Shown in pieces: positions 1 through 9,418 of a DNA stretch of 52,004 bases (position 1 is the first letter of the stretch; each line of letters opens with the position of its first letter). Source of the stretch: Acidimicrobiia bacterium (lineage in GTDB: Bacteria > Actinomycetota > Acidimicrobiia > IMCC26256 > BP-133). The DNA is taken from assembly GCA_044870155.1 (NCBI GenBank), contig JBIOYN010000289.1, positions 1 through 52,004 of the forward strand. Direction: 5' to 3'. The position numbers and the translations under genes are program-made. Under the pieces are notes generated by a model. It had not been told where the DNA came from and did no database searches. It saw only the letters and a program-made list of their open reading frames with translations.

Positions 1-9
1 GCTGAACAC

Positions 10-618
10 CTATCGCACGGTGAGACCGACCACGTCCTTGCCTTTTTTCATCGACTCCGCCAGCGCGGCCAGGACCTGCGAGCCGCGAGGGTGGACCGAC
101 AGCCGGTCGGTGGGGAACGAGGTCTGCCACACCGCCGAAGCCCCGCCCGCCCGGTACGCGTCCCCAAGGATGCGCCTGCCGTTCATGCGTCGAGCCACCA
201 TGGGTCCGCAGCTGCGGGCGAGCACCGAGCAGCCACCCGGGATCCCGCAGCTGAAGACGTCGAAGAACAGCTGCGAGGTGAAGAAGCCATAGGGGTCGAC
301 GTCGACGAGCATGCCCGACAACGACACCGGAACGCCCGTGAGATCGTCCTTGCGCCGGAGGCCCCTCCCGACGTCCACCCCGGTGACCGTGGCGTTGAAG
401 AACGCCGACCGGTGGGTGCCGTGCACGTTCCAGTTGTGCCCGGCAAGATCCTCGAGCACCCAGAGCCGGGCCCGCTCCCGGTAGGCGGCCACATCTCCCG
501 TGCCGAAGACCGTCCTGCTCGTCTCCACGTCGTAATAGTCCGGACGGTTGTTGGTGACGAGCGGATCCCAGGTGATCTGGCCCTGGAAATAGATGCGGGG
601 CGTGTCGAGGACGGACAC
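10..618 (-). CDS. hypothetical protein (202 aa), apparently co-transcribed with the upstream ferritin-like gene
   Basis: Complete ORF with TAG at 10-12. GTG start at 618 has GGAGGAG immediately upstream and lies 12 nt after the stop of the 631..1731 gene. High GC3. No motif I recognise. Confidence 0.55.
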   Translation of the reverse strand: MSVLDTPRIYFQGQITWDPLVTNNRPDYYDVETSRTVFGTGDVAAYRERARLWVLEDLAGHNWNVHGTHRSAFFNATVTGVDVGRGLRRKDDLTGVPVSLSGMLVDVDPYGFFTSQLFFDVFSCGIPGGCSVLARSCGPMVARRMNGRRILGDAYRAGGASAVWQTSFPTDRLSVHPRGSQVLAALAESMKKGKDVVGLTVR

Positions 619-630
619 CGCTCCTCCGTA

Positions 631-1731
631 TCAGAGGTCGTCGCGGAAGCGGAAGGCGGGCCCGGCCGACAGGTCGCTGTTGGCCAAGGGTGTGGCCAGG
701 GCGGACCGAGCGGAGCGGCGGAGGTCGAACATGGCCGCCACGGCGTTGCCCAGCCGGCCCGGCTCGCCGTTGACGGCCCGGTGCAGCTCGCGCAGCAGCG
801 CGGTGAAGGACCGGTCGCACTCCCGTTGCGCAGCTCGGGCCGGGACGTCGCCTGAGAAGTCGTGACACGCAGGATCGTCGATGGCGGGGAAGACGGCGGA
901 CCAGTCGACGCCGAGCCGCTCCTCTCCCCACCGGAACCCTTCCGGCGCGCCCGGGTCCCTCTCCAGCACCTGGTTCCGAAGGATCTCCTCGAAACGGCGG
1001 TAGTGGGAGACTTCGCCTTCGAAGTCGAGCGGGCACTCGAAGGGATCGGCGCCCTTCGGGGTGCCCTCACCCTCCGACCTGATCCTCCGAATCGCCTCCG
1101 CGGCGGTGTCAGAACCGGTGACCGGGAACAGCCGGCCGGCGAAGAACGGGTGGTCGGTCAGCTGGTGACGCGGGACCTCCGACCAGGTGTCGGGATCGAG
1201 CTTGCCGAGGGCGGTCTCGAGAGCGAGGTAGAACTGCCCGATGGTCTCGTAGCGCGGACCCAGGCTCGCCTCGTCCGGCAGGTCCGGAAAAACCTCCGGG
1301 TCCTCGGGCGTCTCGATCCGCATCGCCTGGGCCATCGCCGCCGGCGAGAAGGCCAGGAGCGACACGCAGAACGGCTGACCCAGATCGGCGCCGATGTCGT
1401 AGGGCAGAGGACCGGGATAGGTGGGAACCACCGACTCGTGGGCCAGCACCGGCGCTCCGCCGATGGCGTTGAGCACGTTGCAGGCCAGGGCGAGGTGGAC
1501 CATCTCGTCCTGGATGATCGAGTTGATGCGCCGGCGGGCCGCCTGGTTGGTTCCGTCCTTGATCGTGAACGCCGCGTAGAGGTAGGGGGGCAGGGTCGAC
1601 AGCTCGATCTCGATCGCCTGCTGCAGTGCCGCCCGCACGTCGGAGTCGGACTCGATTCTCCGGTACACCAGCCGGATGGGCGGTCCCGGGAGCCCCTCGA
1701 CGTTCCCTCCCACGAACGCCAGCCTAGGCAC
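631..1731 (-). CDS. ferritin-like domain-containing protein
   Basis: 366-aa ORF. The helical pattern AIEIELSTLPPYLYAAFTI...IIQDEMVHLALACNVLNAIGG resembles the Ferritin-like (PF12902-type) four-helix-bundle family as I remember it. GTG start; coding-like GC3. Confidence 0.65.
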   Translation of the reverse strand: MPRLAFVGGNVEGLPGPPIRLVYRRIESDSDVRAALQQAIEIELSTLPPYLYAAFTIKDGTNQAARRRINSIIQDEMVHLALACNVLNAIGGAPVLAHESVVPTYPGPLPYDIGADLGQPFCVSLLAFSPAAMAQAMRIETPEDPEVFPDLPDEASLGPRYETIGQFYLALETALGKLDPDTWSEVPRHQLTDHPFFAGRLFPVTGSDTAAEAIRRIRSEGEGTPKGADPFECPLDFEGEVSHYRRFEEILRNQVLERDPGAPEGFRWGEERLGVDWSAVFPAIDDPACHDFSGDVPARAAQRECDRSFTALLRELHRAVNGEPGRLGNAVAAMFDLRRSARSALATPLANSDLSAGPAFRFRDDL

Positions 1732-1826
1732 CGGGCGGAAAACGCGCCGCGGGCTCCCGCGAGTGGGATGCTACGGGCGACGCTCGCCCGGAGTGTCGTG
1801 CCGGTGAGACGAGTGAGGCGCACGCG

Positions 1827-3461
1827 GTGCTCGAACAGCGGCTACGGGCCATCCCGCTCTTCCGCAACCTCTCCGCCGAAGCGCTCGAGGTGCTGGCCAC
1901 CGGTCTCCGCCTCGAGTCGTACGAGCGGGGAGCGGTCGTCTTCCAGACGGGCGATCCGTCCGATGCCATGTACCTGGTCGAGAGCGGCCAGGTCGACGTG
2001 GTCCTCAACGCCGACCCCGCCGCCGAGGCGAACGACGAGCCCCTCGCCTCCCTGGGCCCGGGCAGCTTCGTGGGCGAGCTCGGCCTGCTCCTCGACGAAC
2101 CCCGCTCGGCCACGCTGGTGGTCACCCACGACGCCGAGCTGTGGGCGCTGGGCCGCACCGAGCTCGACGCCCTGCTCAGTCAACACCCGACGCTGGCCAT
2201 GGATGTCACCCGCGAGCTCGGCCGTCGCCTGGTGGCCACCAACCGCCGGGTCTCCCCCCCGCCGGTCACCCGGATCACGGCCATCTGGGGAGACGGCGCC
2301 CCCGAGCTCGCCCACACCCTCGCCGGCCTGGGCGTCGGGCGCGTCGGCGTGCTCGGCCTGCCCGGCGCCGGGCGCCTCCCCCCGCTTCGGCCGGAGGTGA
2401 CGGAACTCGCGCCCGAGCACCTGGACGCCGCCACCGTGGCCGGCTGGGCGCATGCCCAGGTCGACAGCCTCGACCACCTGCTGCTCGTCCTCCCCGGCGA
2501 GGCCGACCCCACCGCCCGGGCCGCCGTCGACCTGGCCGGACACCTGGTGGCCTTCACCACGCCGTGGCCGGACTGGACCGTGCGGACGGGCGCCGCCCGC
2601 CGGGTACTGCGCTGTGACGGCTCGTCGGCTTCGCTGCGCCGGGTGGCCCGCTGGGTGTCGGGCCGGGCGGTGGGGCTCGCCCTCTCGAGCGGCGGATCCA
2701 AGTGCGTCGCCCACCTCGGCGTGCTCCGGGTGCTGCGGGCGGCGGGGGTGGAGATCGACGCCGTGGCCGGCACCAGTGGCGGCGCCCTGGCGGCCGCCGG
2801 CCTCGCCTTCGACCTCCCCGAGGACCAGATGATGGCCTGGCTCGAGGAGCTCGGACGCAACACGACGTTGCGCCGGTTCGACCTCAACCTCGTGCCCCGC
2901 TCGGCCCTGTTCAAGGGCACCCGCCTGCGCACGCTCTTCGACACCTGGTTCGCCGGGCGGACGTTCGCCGACACCAGCATCCCGATGTGGATGGTGGCCA
3001 CCGACGTCGACACCGGCGAGGAGGTGGTGATCACCCACGGCCCCGTCGCCGACGGGATGCGAGCGTCCATGAGCATCCCCGGGGCGCTGGACCCCTGGCC
3101 CCACGACGGACGCCTCCTCATCGACGGAGCCGTCGTCAACCCCATGCCCGCCAGCGTGCTGCGCGATGCCGGTCTCCACTTCATCATCGGGTCGAGCGTC
3201 GCCGGCCAGGAGAGCCCCCGGAAGCGGGCGGCGGACGGGCGGGCGCCCCACATGATCCAGATCATCTCCCGGATCATGGGGGCCATGGAGCGGGAGATGA
3301 TCAAGGCCCAGATCCCCCTCGTCGACGTCATGATCCGGCCCCAGGTCTTCGCCTCCTCCAGCTTCGACTTCAGCCGGTCAGCGGCGTTCGCCGACGAGGG
3401 CGAGCGGGCCGCTCTCGAGAAGCTGGCCGAGATCCAGGCGCTGCTCCTGTCCCGACGGTAG
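1827..3461 (+). CDS. cyclic-nucleotide-binding domain / patatin-like phospholipase fusion protein
   Basis: The N-terminus has a cNMP-binding fold (LFRNLS...GAVVFQTGDPSDAMYLVESGQV...FVGELGLL). The C-terminal half has patatin motifs: oxyanion SSGGSKCVAH, nucleophile GTSGG, and the dyad Asp in LIDGAVVNPMP. GTG start. Confidence 0.85.
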   Translation: MLEQRLRAIPLFRNLSAEALEVLATGLRLESYERGAVVFQTGDPSDAMYLVESGQVDVVLNADPAAEANDEPLASLGPGSFVGELGLLLDEPRSATLVVTHDAELWALGRTELDALLSQHPTLAMDVTRELGRRLVATNRRVSPPPVTRITAIWGDGAPELAHTLAGLGVGRVGVLGLPGAGRLPPLRPEVTELAPEHLDAATVAGWAHAQVDSLDHLLLVLPGEADPTARAAVDLAGHLVAFTTPWPDWTVRTGAARRVLRCDGSSASLRRVARWVSGRAVGLALSSGGSKCVAHLGVLRVLRAAGVEIDAVAGTSGGALAAAGLAFDLPEDQMMAWLEELGRNTTLRRFDLNLVPRSALFKGTRLRTLFDTWFAGRTFADTSIPMWMVATDVDTGEEVVITHGPVADGMRASMSIPGALDPWPHDGRLLIDGAVVNPMPASVLRDAGLHFIIGSSVAGQESPRKRAADGRAPHMIQIISRIMGAMEREMIKAQIPLVDVMIRPQVFASSSFDFSRSAAFADEGERAALEKLAEIQALLLSRR

Positions 3462-3466
3462 GAAGG

Positions 3467-4792
3467 TCAGGCCGTCACCGCGAACAGGCGCCACTCGCCG
3501 GGAACGCCCTTGAGCTGGTGCGTACCGCGCTCGGCGAAGTCGATCCTCGAACCGGCCACGAGGTCCTTGACGGTGCTGGACACCAGGATCTCGCCGGGTT
3601 CGGCCAGCGTGGCCACGCGGGCGCCGGTGTGCACGGCCACGCCACCGACGTCGTCGCCCATGAGTTCGCATTCCCCGGTGTGGAGGCCGATGCGGACGTC
3701 GACCCCGAACTGGCGGACGGCGTTGCGCACGGCGCAGGCGCAGGTGATGGCGCGGCTGGGTGCGCTGAAGGTGGCGAGGAAGCCGTCGCCGGTCGTCTTC
3801 ACCTCGCGGCCCTCGAAGCGCCTGAGCTCGCGCCGCACGGCGGCGTCGTGCGTGGCCAGCAGATCCCGCCACCGCTGATCACCCATCTCCGCGGCCCGGA
3901 CCGTCGAACCCACGATGTCGGTGAACATGACCGTGGCCAGGACCCGGTTGGACTGGGTGTCGTGACGGACACCGGTGAGGAACTGCTCGATCTCGTCGAG
4001 GATGGGATCGGGGTCGTACATCAGCATCAGATGATCTTCCGAGGGGAACTCCACGATCTGGGCGCCGGGGATCTGCTGGGCCATGTAGCGGGCCGCCCCC
4101 ACGTGCGCCACCCGCTCCCGGGCGGGTTGGAGGATGAGCGTGGGCACGCTGATGGCCGACAGCACCTCCCGGCAGTCGAGCTGGCACAGCGCCTCGAGGA
4201 CGGCCCTGGCCATGGCCGGGCTGGCCCCCAGACGTTGGTAGCGGCCCCATGCGAACTGGAGGGCTTCGTTGTCAGCCTGGCTGGGGGCGAAGAGGTTGAT
4301 GAGCGCGGGCTCACCCCAGTTCTTGTCGATGTCGTCGACGTACTCGGCGATGTCTTCCTCGCTCCAGCCCCAGGGCCATTCCGGGCCGGCACTGAACTTC
4401 GGCGAGGACCCGTAGAGGACGAGCGCCGACGTCCGTTCCGGATGGGCGGCGGCGAACAGCAGCGACATCGGTCCGCCTTCGGAGACACCGAAGAAGGCGG
4501 CGCGCTCGGATCCGACGGTGTTCATGAGGGCCATCACGTCGTCGCTGCGTTCGTCGAGAGTCGGGACATGGTCGATGGGGTCGGACAGACCCGTGCCCCG
4601 CTTGTCCCACAGCACGACGCGCGCGAAGGAGGCGAGGCGTTCGAAGATCCGGGTCGTGGTGGGCATCTCCCAGTAGAAATCGAGGTTGGAGACGAACCCG
4701 GGGATGAACACCAGGTCCAGTGGACCGTCGCCGACCACCTGGTAGGCGATGCTGCCATCGCCGATCTTGGCGTACCTGGTCTTTGGCGCCAT
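3467..4792 (-). CDS. alpha/beta-hydrolase domain fused to class III adenylate/guanylate cyclase
   Basis: N-terminal alpha/beta-hydrolase pattern (LVFIPGFVSN..., nucleophile elbow VSEGG). C-terminal cyclase homology domain (VMFTDIVGST, VKTTGDGFLATF, RIGLHTGECE, VAVHTGARVA). Convergent with the cNMP-patatin gene, with 5 nt between the stops. Confidence 0.85.
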   Translation of the reverse strand: MAPKTRYAKIGDGSIAYQVVGDGPLDLVFIPGFVSNLDFYWEMPTTTRIFERLASFARVVLWDKRGTGLSDPIDHVPTLDERSDDVMALMNTVGSERAAFFGVSEGGPMSLLFAAAHPERTSALVLYGSSPKFSAGPEWPWGWSEEDIAEYVDDIDKNWGEPALINLFAPSQADNEALQFAWGRYQRLGASPAMARAVLEALCQLDCREVLSAISVPTLILQPARERVAHVGAARYMAQQIPGAQIVEFPSEDHLMLMYDPDPILDEIEQFLTGVRHDTQSNRVLATVMFTDIVGSTVRAAEMGDQRWRDLLATHDAAVRRELRRFEGREVKTTGDGFLATFSAPSRAITCACAVRNAVRQFGVDVRIGLHTGECELMGDDVGGVAVHTGARVATLAEPGEILVSSTVKDLVAGSRIDFAERGTHQLKGVPGEWRLFAVTA

Positions 4793-4944
4793 GTCGACCC
4801 CCGAACCAGTGGTAGGCCCGCACGCTAGCGGCCCGTTCGGCTACCGGTCAGTTACTCAGCGACACGCCGGGACCGCGATGAACACGCCGCCATCCGGGTA
4901 GCACTCATGGGCAACGACTACTGGGCGAACCCGGGGGGTGCGGC

Positions 4945-5799
4945 ATGACACTGCACGAGGTGGCACGGCGGATCGGCGACATGGAGGCCCTGGATCAGGC
5001 GACACGGCCGCTCGCCGGGGCGGCCAAGAAGCTGATCCCGCCCGGCCCGGCCAAGGACATCCTCAGCGGCACCCCGTTCGGTCACCCGCTCCATCCGGCG
5101 CTCACCGATGTTCCCATCGGCTCCTTCACGGCCGCCACCATCCTCGACCTGGTCGGCGGGGAGGGGTGCCAGGGGGCGGTCGAGGCCCTTCTGGCCCTGG
5201 GGATCGTCACTACCGCCCCCACCGCCGGCGCCGGCCTGGCGGACTGGTCCGACACCTACGGTTCGGAGCAGCGCATCGGCCTCGTCCACGCCGTGGCCAA
5301 CGTGACCTCGCTGTCCCTCTTCGCCGCGTCGCTGGTGGCCCGGCGGAGCGGGCACCGCGGCCTGGGCCGGGCCTTGAGCCTCCTGGGCATGACGACGCTG
5401 GCAGGCGGCGGCTACCTGGGCGGCCATCTCAGCTACGCCCGGGGCGTTGGGGTCAACAACGCCTTCTTCCAGCACGAGCCCGACGAGTGGACCCCCCTGA
5501 TGGCGGCGGGCGACCTCCAGGAGGGGAGTCCCACCAAGGTCGAGGCGGGCGACGCCACGATCCTGCTCTTCCGCTCAGGGGATCGCATCCTCGCCATCGG
5601 CAGCCGCTGCAGCCACGCCGGCGGGCCCCTGCACGAGGGCAAGATCGACGACGGCGACATGTGCGTGCAGTGCCCCTGGCACGGCAGCGTGTTCCGCCTC
5701 GAGGACGGCGCCGTCGTCCACGGCCCGGCCAGCGTGCCCCAGGCCGCCTACGACGTCCGGGTGCGGGACGGCAACATCGAGGTCCGGCACCGGCCCTGA
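4945..5799 (+). CDS. membrane protein with DUF2231-like N-terminal domain and C-terminal Rieske [2Fe-2S] domain
   Basis: Rieske motifs CSHAGGPL ... CPWHGSVF. The N-terminal part is hydrophobic (HPLHPALTDVPIG...), typical of DUF2231. ATG start. Confidence 0.8.
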   Translation: MTLHEVARRIGDMEALDQATRPLAGAAKKLIPPGPAKDILSGTPFGHPLHPALTDVPIGSFTAATILDLVGGEGCQGAVEALLALGIVTTAPTAGAGLADWSDTYGSEQRIGLVHAVANVTSLSLFAASLVARRSGHRGLGRALSLLGMTTLAGGGYLGGHLSYARGVGVNNAFFQHEPDEWTPLMAAGDLQEGSPTKVEAGDATILLFRSGDRILAIGSRCSHAGGPLHEGKIDDGDMCVQCPWHGSVFRLEDGAVVHGPASVPQAAYDVRVRDGNIEVRHRP

Positions 5800-5889
5800 C
5801 CCCAAGGGTGACCATGGGCTGAGACTCCCCATATCGGCGGGGCGGCGCTTCAGGGTCCCCGGGAACCGGTCGACATTCCGGATACGCAG

Positions 5890-6564
5890 GTGAACCACGG
5901 CGAGAGTCGAGGAACGCCATTGAAGAGACCTGGGGTCGCTGTCGCCCTGGCCACGCTTGGTGTGGTGGTGGCCGGGACCGCAAGCGTCGTGGGCGCGGGC
6001 GAGCGCGCCACCCCCATCCGAGCCTGCGCCCAGAAGGAGAACGGCCAGCTCCGTGTCCTGGGCGGCGGCGACGCCTGCCGTCCGAGTGAGTCGGGCCTGG
6101 AGTGGAACATCGAGGGCCCCGCCGGGCCCCCGGGGCCACCGGGGCCCACCGGCGCCACGGGACCGCCCGGCCCCTCGGGGCCCGCCGGACCGCGCGGCCT
6201 CACTGGACCCGAAGGACCCGAGGGACCGGCGGGCCCGGCCGGCCCGGCCGGACCGCAGGGGCCGGCGGGATCAGTGGAGCTGGTCGGTGTCACCGGGGTG
6301 GTGCGCGTGGGCACGTTGCCGGCACCCCTCCCCGCCCGCTCCAGCCAGGGATTCGTCGTGCGCTGTCCGGTGGGGAAGGTCGCCCTCGGCGGCGGGTTCA
6401 GCGTCTTTCCCGACGTCGGCGTCGACATCGTGCAGTCGCGGCCCATCGAGGGGCCCAGCCCTTTCGACACCCGCACGGACCCGGGTTGGATCGTCTCCGC
6501 CCACAACCGGTCCCTCTTCGACGCTTCCGTCGGGGTGTCGGTGGTCTGCGCCGCCATTCGTTGA
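5890..6564 (+). CDS. secreted collagen-like triple-helix repeat protein
   Basis: Signal-peptide-like N-terminus ([26 protein letters not shown]), 17 uninterrupted G-X-Y triplets, then a C-terminal globular region of about 98 aa. The real start may be TTG at 5920, which has GAGGAA upstream. Confidence 0.8.
   Translation: MNHGESRGTPLKRPGVAVALATLGVVVAGTASVVGAGERATPIRACAQKENGQLRVLGGGDACRPSESGLEWNIEGPAGPPGPPGPTGATGPPGPSGPAGPRGLTGPEGPEGPAGPAGPAGPQGPAGSVELVGVTGVVRVGTLPAPLPARSSQGFVVRCPVGKVALGGGFSVFPDVGVDIVQSRPIEGPSPFDTRTDPGWIVSAHNRSLFDASVGVSVVCAAIR
6115..6267 (+). repeat. 17 x Gly-X-Y (collagen) coding repeat, mostly GGNCCN
   Basis: Translation is [52 protein letters not shown], read directly from the sequence. 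It also generates spurious Pro/Gly-rich ORFs on the other frames and strand. Confidence 0.9.
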
Positions 6565-6681
6565 CCCCCGCGCCCCGTCGTCCGGACCCGCCGCTGAATC
6601 GAGCCGAGTGTCGTGGGTTTGACGTTGCCGGCGTCAACCCCACCCCGCCCCCGCGGCGCTGCCGTCGGTAGCGTCCAGTGA

Positions 6682-7881
6682 GTGCGAACCACACGCGTGA
6701 TCAGCCTTCTGGCCGTGCTCGCCATCTTCGGTGCCGCCTGCGGCAGCAGCGGAGACGGCAAGGCCGCCGCCACCCGCGCCCAGGCCTTCACCATCGAGGT
6801 CGACGGCCAGGCCGACGGCATCTCGGTGGCCTTCAGCGCCTTCTTCCCCGACCGCCTCACCGTGCACCCCGGAGACAGCGTGACCGTCAGGCGCGCCTCC
6901 GGCCAACCCCACACCGCCACCCTGGGCACGCTCGTCGACGCCGCCGTGACCAGGCTCGGGGCGCTCGGGCCCCAGGCCTCGATCGCAACGGTGGAGAACT
7001 CGCCCGAGATGCTGCAGCTGCCCGACGCCTACCCCCATGAGATCACCGGGGACCACCAGGACGTCAACCAGTCCGCCGCCCAGCCGTGCTTCCTCGACAC
7101 CGGCGTCCCACCGCTGTCCCTCACCGGGGGCGCCGAGGCCTGCCCCCGGCGGGACCAGCCGGAGTTCGACGGCACCCAGAGCTTCTACAACAGCGGGGTG
7201 CTGATGAACGCCGGTGACACCTTCACCGTGCCCATCGCCAAAACCACCAGGCCGGGGCGCTACAGCCTGATGTGCATGCTGCACCGGTCGGCCGGGACGG
7301 GCCTGATCACGGTCGTGCCCGCCGGCGAGCCCGTCCCCATCCCGCACGACGCCACGGCGACCGGCCGCCGCCAGCTCGGCGACCTCGTCGCCACCCTGCG
7401 GCCGGTGGCGTCCGAAGCGGACCGGGCCACCGCCGACAACGCGCTGGCGGGGGCGGCCGACCCGACGGTGTACAGCGCTGTGGTGGCCCAGTTCGGTCCC
7501 CAGACGATCTCTCTCCCCGTGGGGGGCACGGCCACCTGGCACGTCAACGGCTTCCACACCATCAGCTTCGGAGCCCCCGCCGGGGCGGACGGGTCACTGA
7601 CGAGGTCGCCCGACGGCAGCATCCACCTCCACCCGGAGGGAATTCTGCCCGCCGGCTTCGAGGTGCCCGTTGCCGCCTACGTCTATCCCCCACCCGACGA
7701 CGGGCAGCCCGTGCTCATCGACGGGGGCGCCTGGGACGGCTCCGGGTTCCGCAGCACCGGGCTGGTCGGCTCCTATGCCCCCGTGCTCGTCACCGTGAAG
7801 CAGACCTTCACCCGGGCCGGCACCTATCCCTACCGCTGCCTGTTCCATCCCGCCATGGCCGGCGCCGTCCAGGTGGGGTGA
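6682..7881 (+). CDS. lipoprotein with two cupredoxin-like domains
   Basis: Lipobox-like N-terminus [12 protein letters not shown]. The C-terminal domain has a type-1 copper pattern ([11 protein letters not shown] ... [11 protein letters not shown] = C-x2-H-x2-M). The first domain has CMLHRSAG without an obvious axial Met. Confidence 0.7.
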   Translation: MRTTRVISLLAVLAIFGAACGSSGDGKAAATRAQAFTIEVDGQADGISVAFSAFFPDRLTVHPGDSVTVRRASGQPHTATLGTLVDAAVTRLGALGPQASIATVENSPEMLQLPDAYPHEITGDHQDVNQSAAQPCFLDTGVPPLSLTGGAEACPRRDQPEFDGTQSFYNSGVLMNAGDTFTVPIAKTTRPGRYSLMCMLHRSAGTGLITVVPAGEPVPIPHDATATGRRQLGDLVATLRPVASEADRATADNALAGAADPTVYSAVVAQFGPQTISLPVGGTATWHVNGFHTISFGAPAGADGSLTRSPDGSIHLHPEGILPAGFEVPVAAYVYPPPDDGQPVLIDGGAWDGSGFRSTGLVGSYAPVLVTVKQTFTRAGTYPYRCLFHPAMAGAVQVG

Positions 7882-7904
7882 GCCTGCCGGTACCGTGACT
7901 CGAG

Positions 7905-8831
7905 GTGACACCGCACCTCGAGCCCATGCTCTGTACCCTCGGCGCCCTCCCCACCGACGAGGGCCGTTGGTCGTTCGAACCGAAGTGGGACGGGTTCCGC
8001 GCCCTGCTCCACCTCGACGGCCACCGGGTGCGGGTGCTGTCCCGGCGGGGCGCCGACCTCACCGCCCGTTGCCCCGAGCTCGCACCCCTGGCCCGGGCCG
8101 TGCGCCGCCCCTGTGTCCTGGACGGCGAACTGGTGGTGCTCGACGCCGGGGGGCGACCGGACTTCGAGGCCATGCGCCGCCGGGGCCTGCTCGGCAAGGT
8201 CGAGGCGCCCATCCTCTTCGTCGCCTTTGACGTGCTCGCCCTCGACGGCGATCCCCTCACCGCCCGGCCGTGGCGGGCGCGCCGGTCAAACCTGGTCCGC
8301 CTCGGCGTCGACGGACCGGCGTGGACCACCACTCCGTCCTACGCCGGCGAGGGCCGCAGCCTCTTCGACGCCACGCTGGCCCAGGGACTCGAGGGCGTGG
8401 TGGCCAAGCGCCTCGATTCCCCCTACCGCCCCGGTGCCCGCAGCCGGGCCTGGGTCAAGGTCAAGCACATGCGCACCGCCACCTTCGTCGTCGGGGGAGT
8501 CGCCGTCGCCGACCCGGAGCGGAACCGCCGCGCCGCCCTCCTCGTGGGCGTCCCCGAGGCCGATGGCGGCCTCCGGTACTCCGGTCGCGTCGAAGCCGGC
8601 TTCCCGGTAGGAGGCATGGAGACGATCCGGGGCGCGCTGCAACCCCGGGTCACCAGCGCGTTCGGCATCCGCTTCCCCTACCCGGTGGAGCATTGCGAGC
8701 CGGAGCTCGAGGTGGCGGTGCAGTTCCTCGACCGCTCCGATCAGGGCTGGTTGCGGCACACCAGCTTCAAGGGGATCGTGCCCACCAGCGTGTTCAGGAA
8801 CCGTGCCGGGCGGCCTACCCCGGAGCGGTGA
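7905..8831 (+). CDS. ATP-dependent DNA ligase (LigD-ligase-domain / LigC-like, stand-alone)
   Basis: Adenylation motif I is FEPKWDGFRA (KxDG). Size is about 300 aa, with an OB-fold-type C-terminus. GTG start at 7905, or ATG at 7926 giving N-terminal MLCTLG. Confidence 0.85.
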   Translation: MTPHLEPMLCTLGALPTDEGRWSFEPKWDGFRALLHLDGHRVRVLSRRGADLTARCPELAPLARAVRRPCVLDGELVVLDAGGRPDFEAMRRRGLLGKVEAPILFVAFDVLALDGDPLTARPWRARRSNLVRLGVDGPAWTTTPSYAGEGRSLFDATLAQGLEGVVAKRLDSPYRPGARSRAWVKVKHMRTATFVVGGVAVADPERNRRAALLVGVPEADGGLRYSGRVEAGFPVGGMETIRGALQPRVTSAFGIRFPYPVEHCEPELEVAVQFLDRSDQGWLRHTSFKGIVPTSVFRNRAGRPTPER

Positions 8832-9402
8832 GACGGAACTCGACGCTGGCGTCGACGGCGTCCAGCTCCAGCGCCCGCTGGAACCGGGGGAGGGCTTCCT
8901 GCTCGATGCGGTTCCGCAGCAACGGGAGGTTGCAGCCCTTGACGACGTCCACCCGCAGGTCGATCTCGGGCGTCTCCGGATCGCCCGTCACCCGGGCGGA
9001 GGCGCCGGCCACGCCCCGGTAGGTCTCGATGTCGCCGGCCAGTGCCCGGGCGGCGCCGGCCGGACGGACCACCGTCAGGCCGCCTTCCTCGCGGTGCGCC
9101 AGGTCCACTCTCGTGAACGGCGCCGTCCCCAGTTGCGCCCGCAGCCAGCGCAGGCCGAGCAGGGCGAGCACGAGCGCCACCAGCGCCACCGCCGGCCAGG
9201 CCCAGGCGCGGTTGCGGGTGAAGGAGCTCCGCCACGACTCCACCAGCACCGGGTCGGATGCCGCCGGGTCCCCGAAGGCGCCCCACCCCCGGGCCAGGCC
9301 GTAGGCCCCCATCCCGAGGCACACGAGCCCGAGGAACATGAGCCCGAAACGGTTGCGGCGATCGACACCGGTGGACGCTCCCGTGACCGCCTGCCTGTTC
9401 AC
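8815..9402 (-). CDS. amaP: alkaline shock response membrane anchor protein AmaP-like
   Basis: The C-terminal 195 aa of the listed 333-aa ORF. GTG start at 9402 with GGAGGGAG upstream. Two TM segments followed by an Asp23-like soluble part. Last gene of the Asp23 operon. The upstream part of the ORF is out-of-frame read-through. Confidence 0.75.
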   Translation of the reverse strand: MNRQAVTGASTGVDRRNRFGLMFLGLVCLGMGAYGLARGWGAFGDPAASDPVLVESWRSSFTRNRAWAWPAVALVALVLALLGLRWLRAQLGTAPFTRVDLAHREEGGLTVVRPAGAARALAGDIETYRGVAGASARVTGDPETPEIDLRVDVVKGCNLPLLRNRIEQEALPRFQRALELDAVDASVEFRLTAPG

Positions 9403-9418
9403 TGGCTCTCCCTCCGGC

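Noticed and set aside
5850-6929. 359-aa minus-strand Pro/Gly-rich ORF
   Set aside because: It is the mirror image of the collagen GXY repeat and neighbouring genes, with no independent support.
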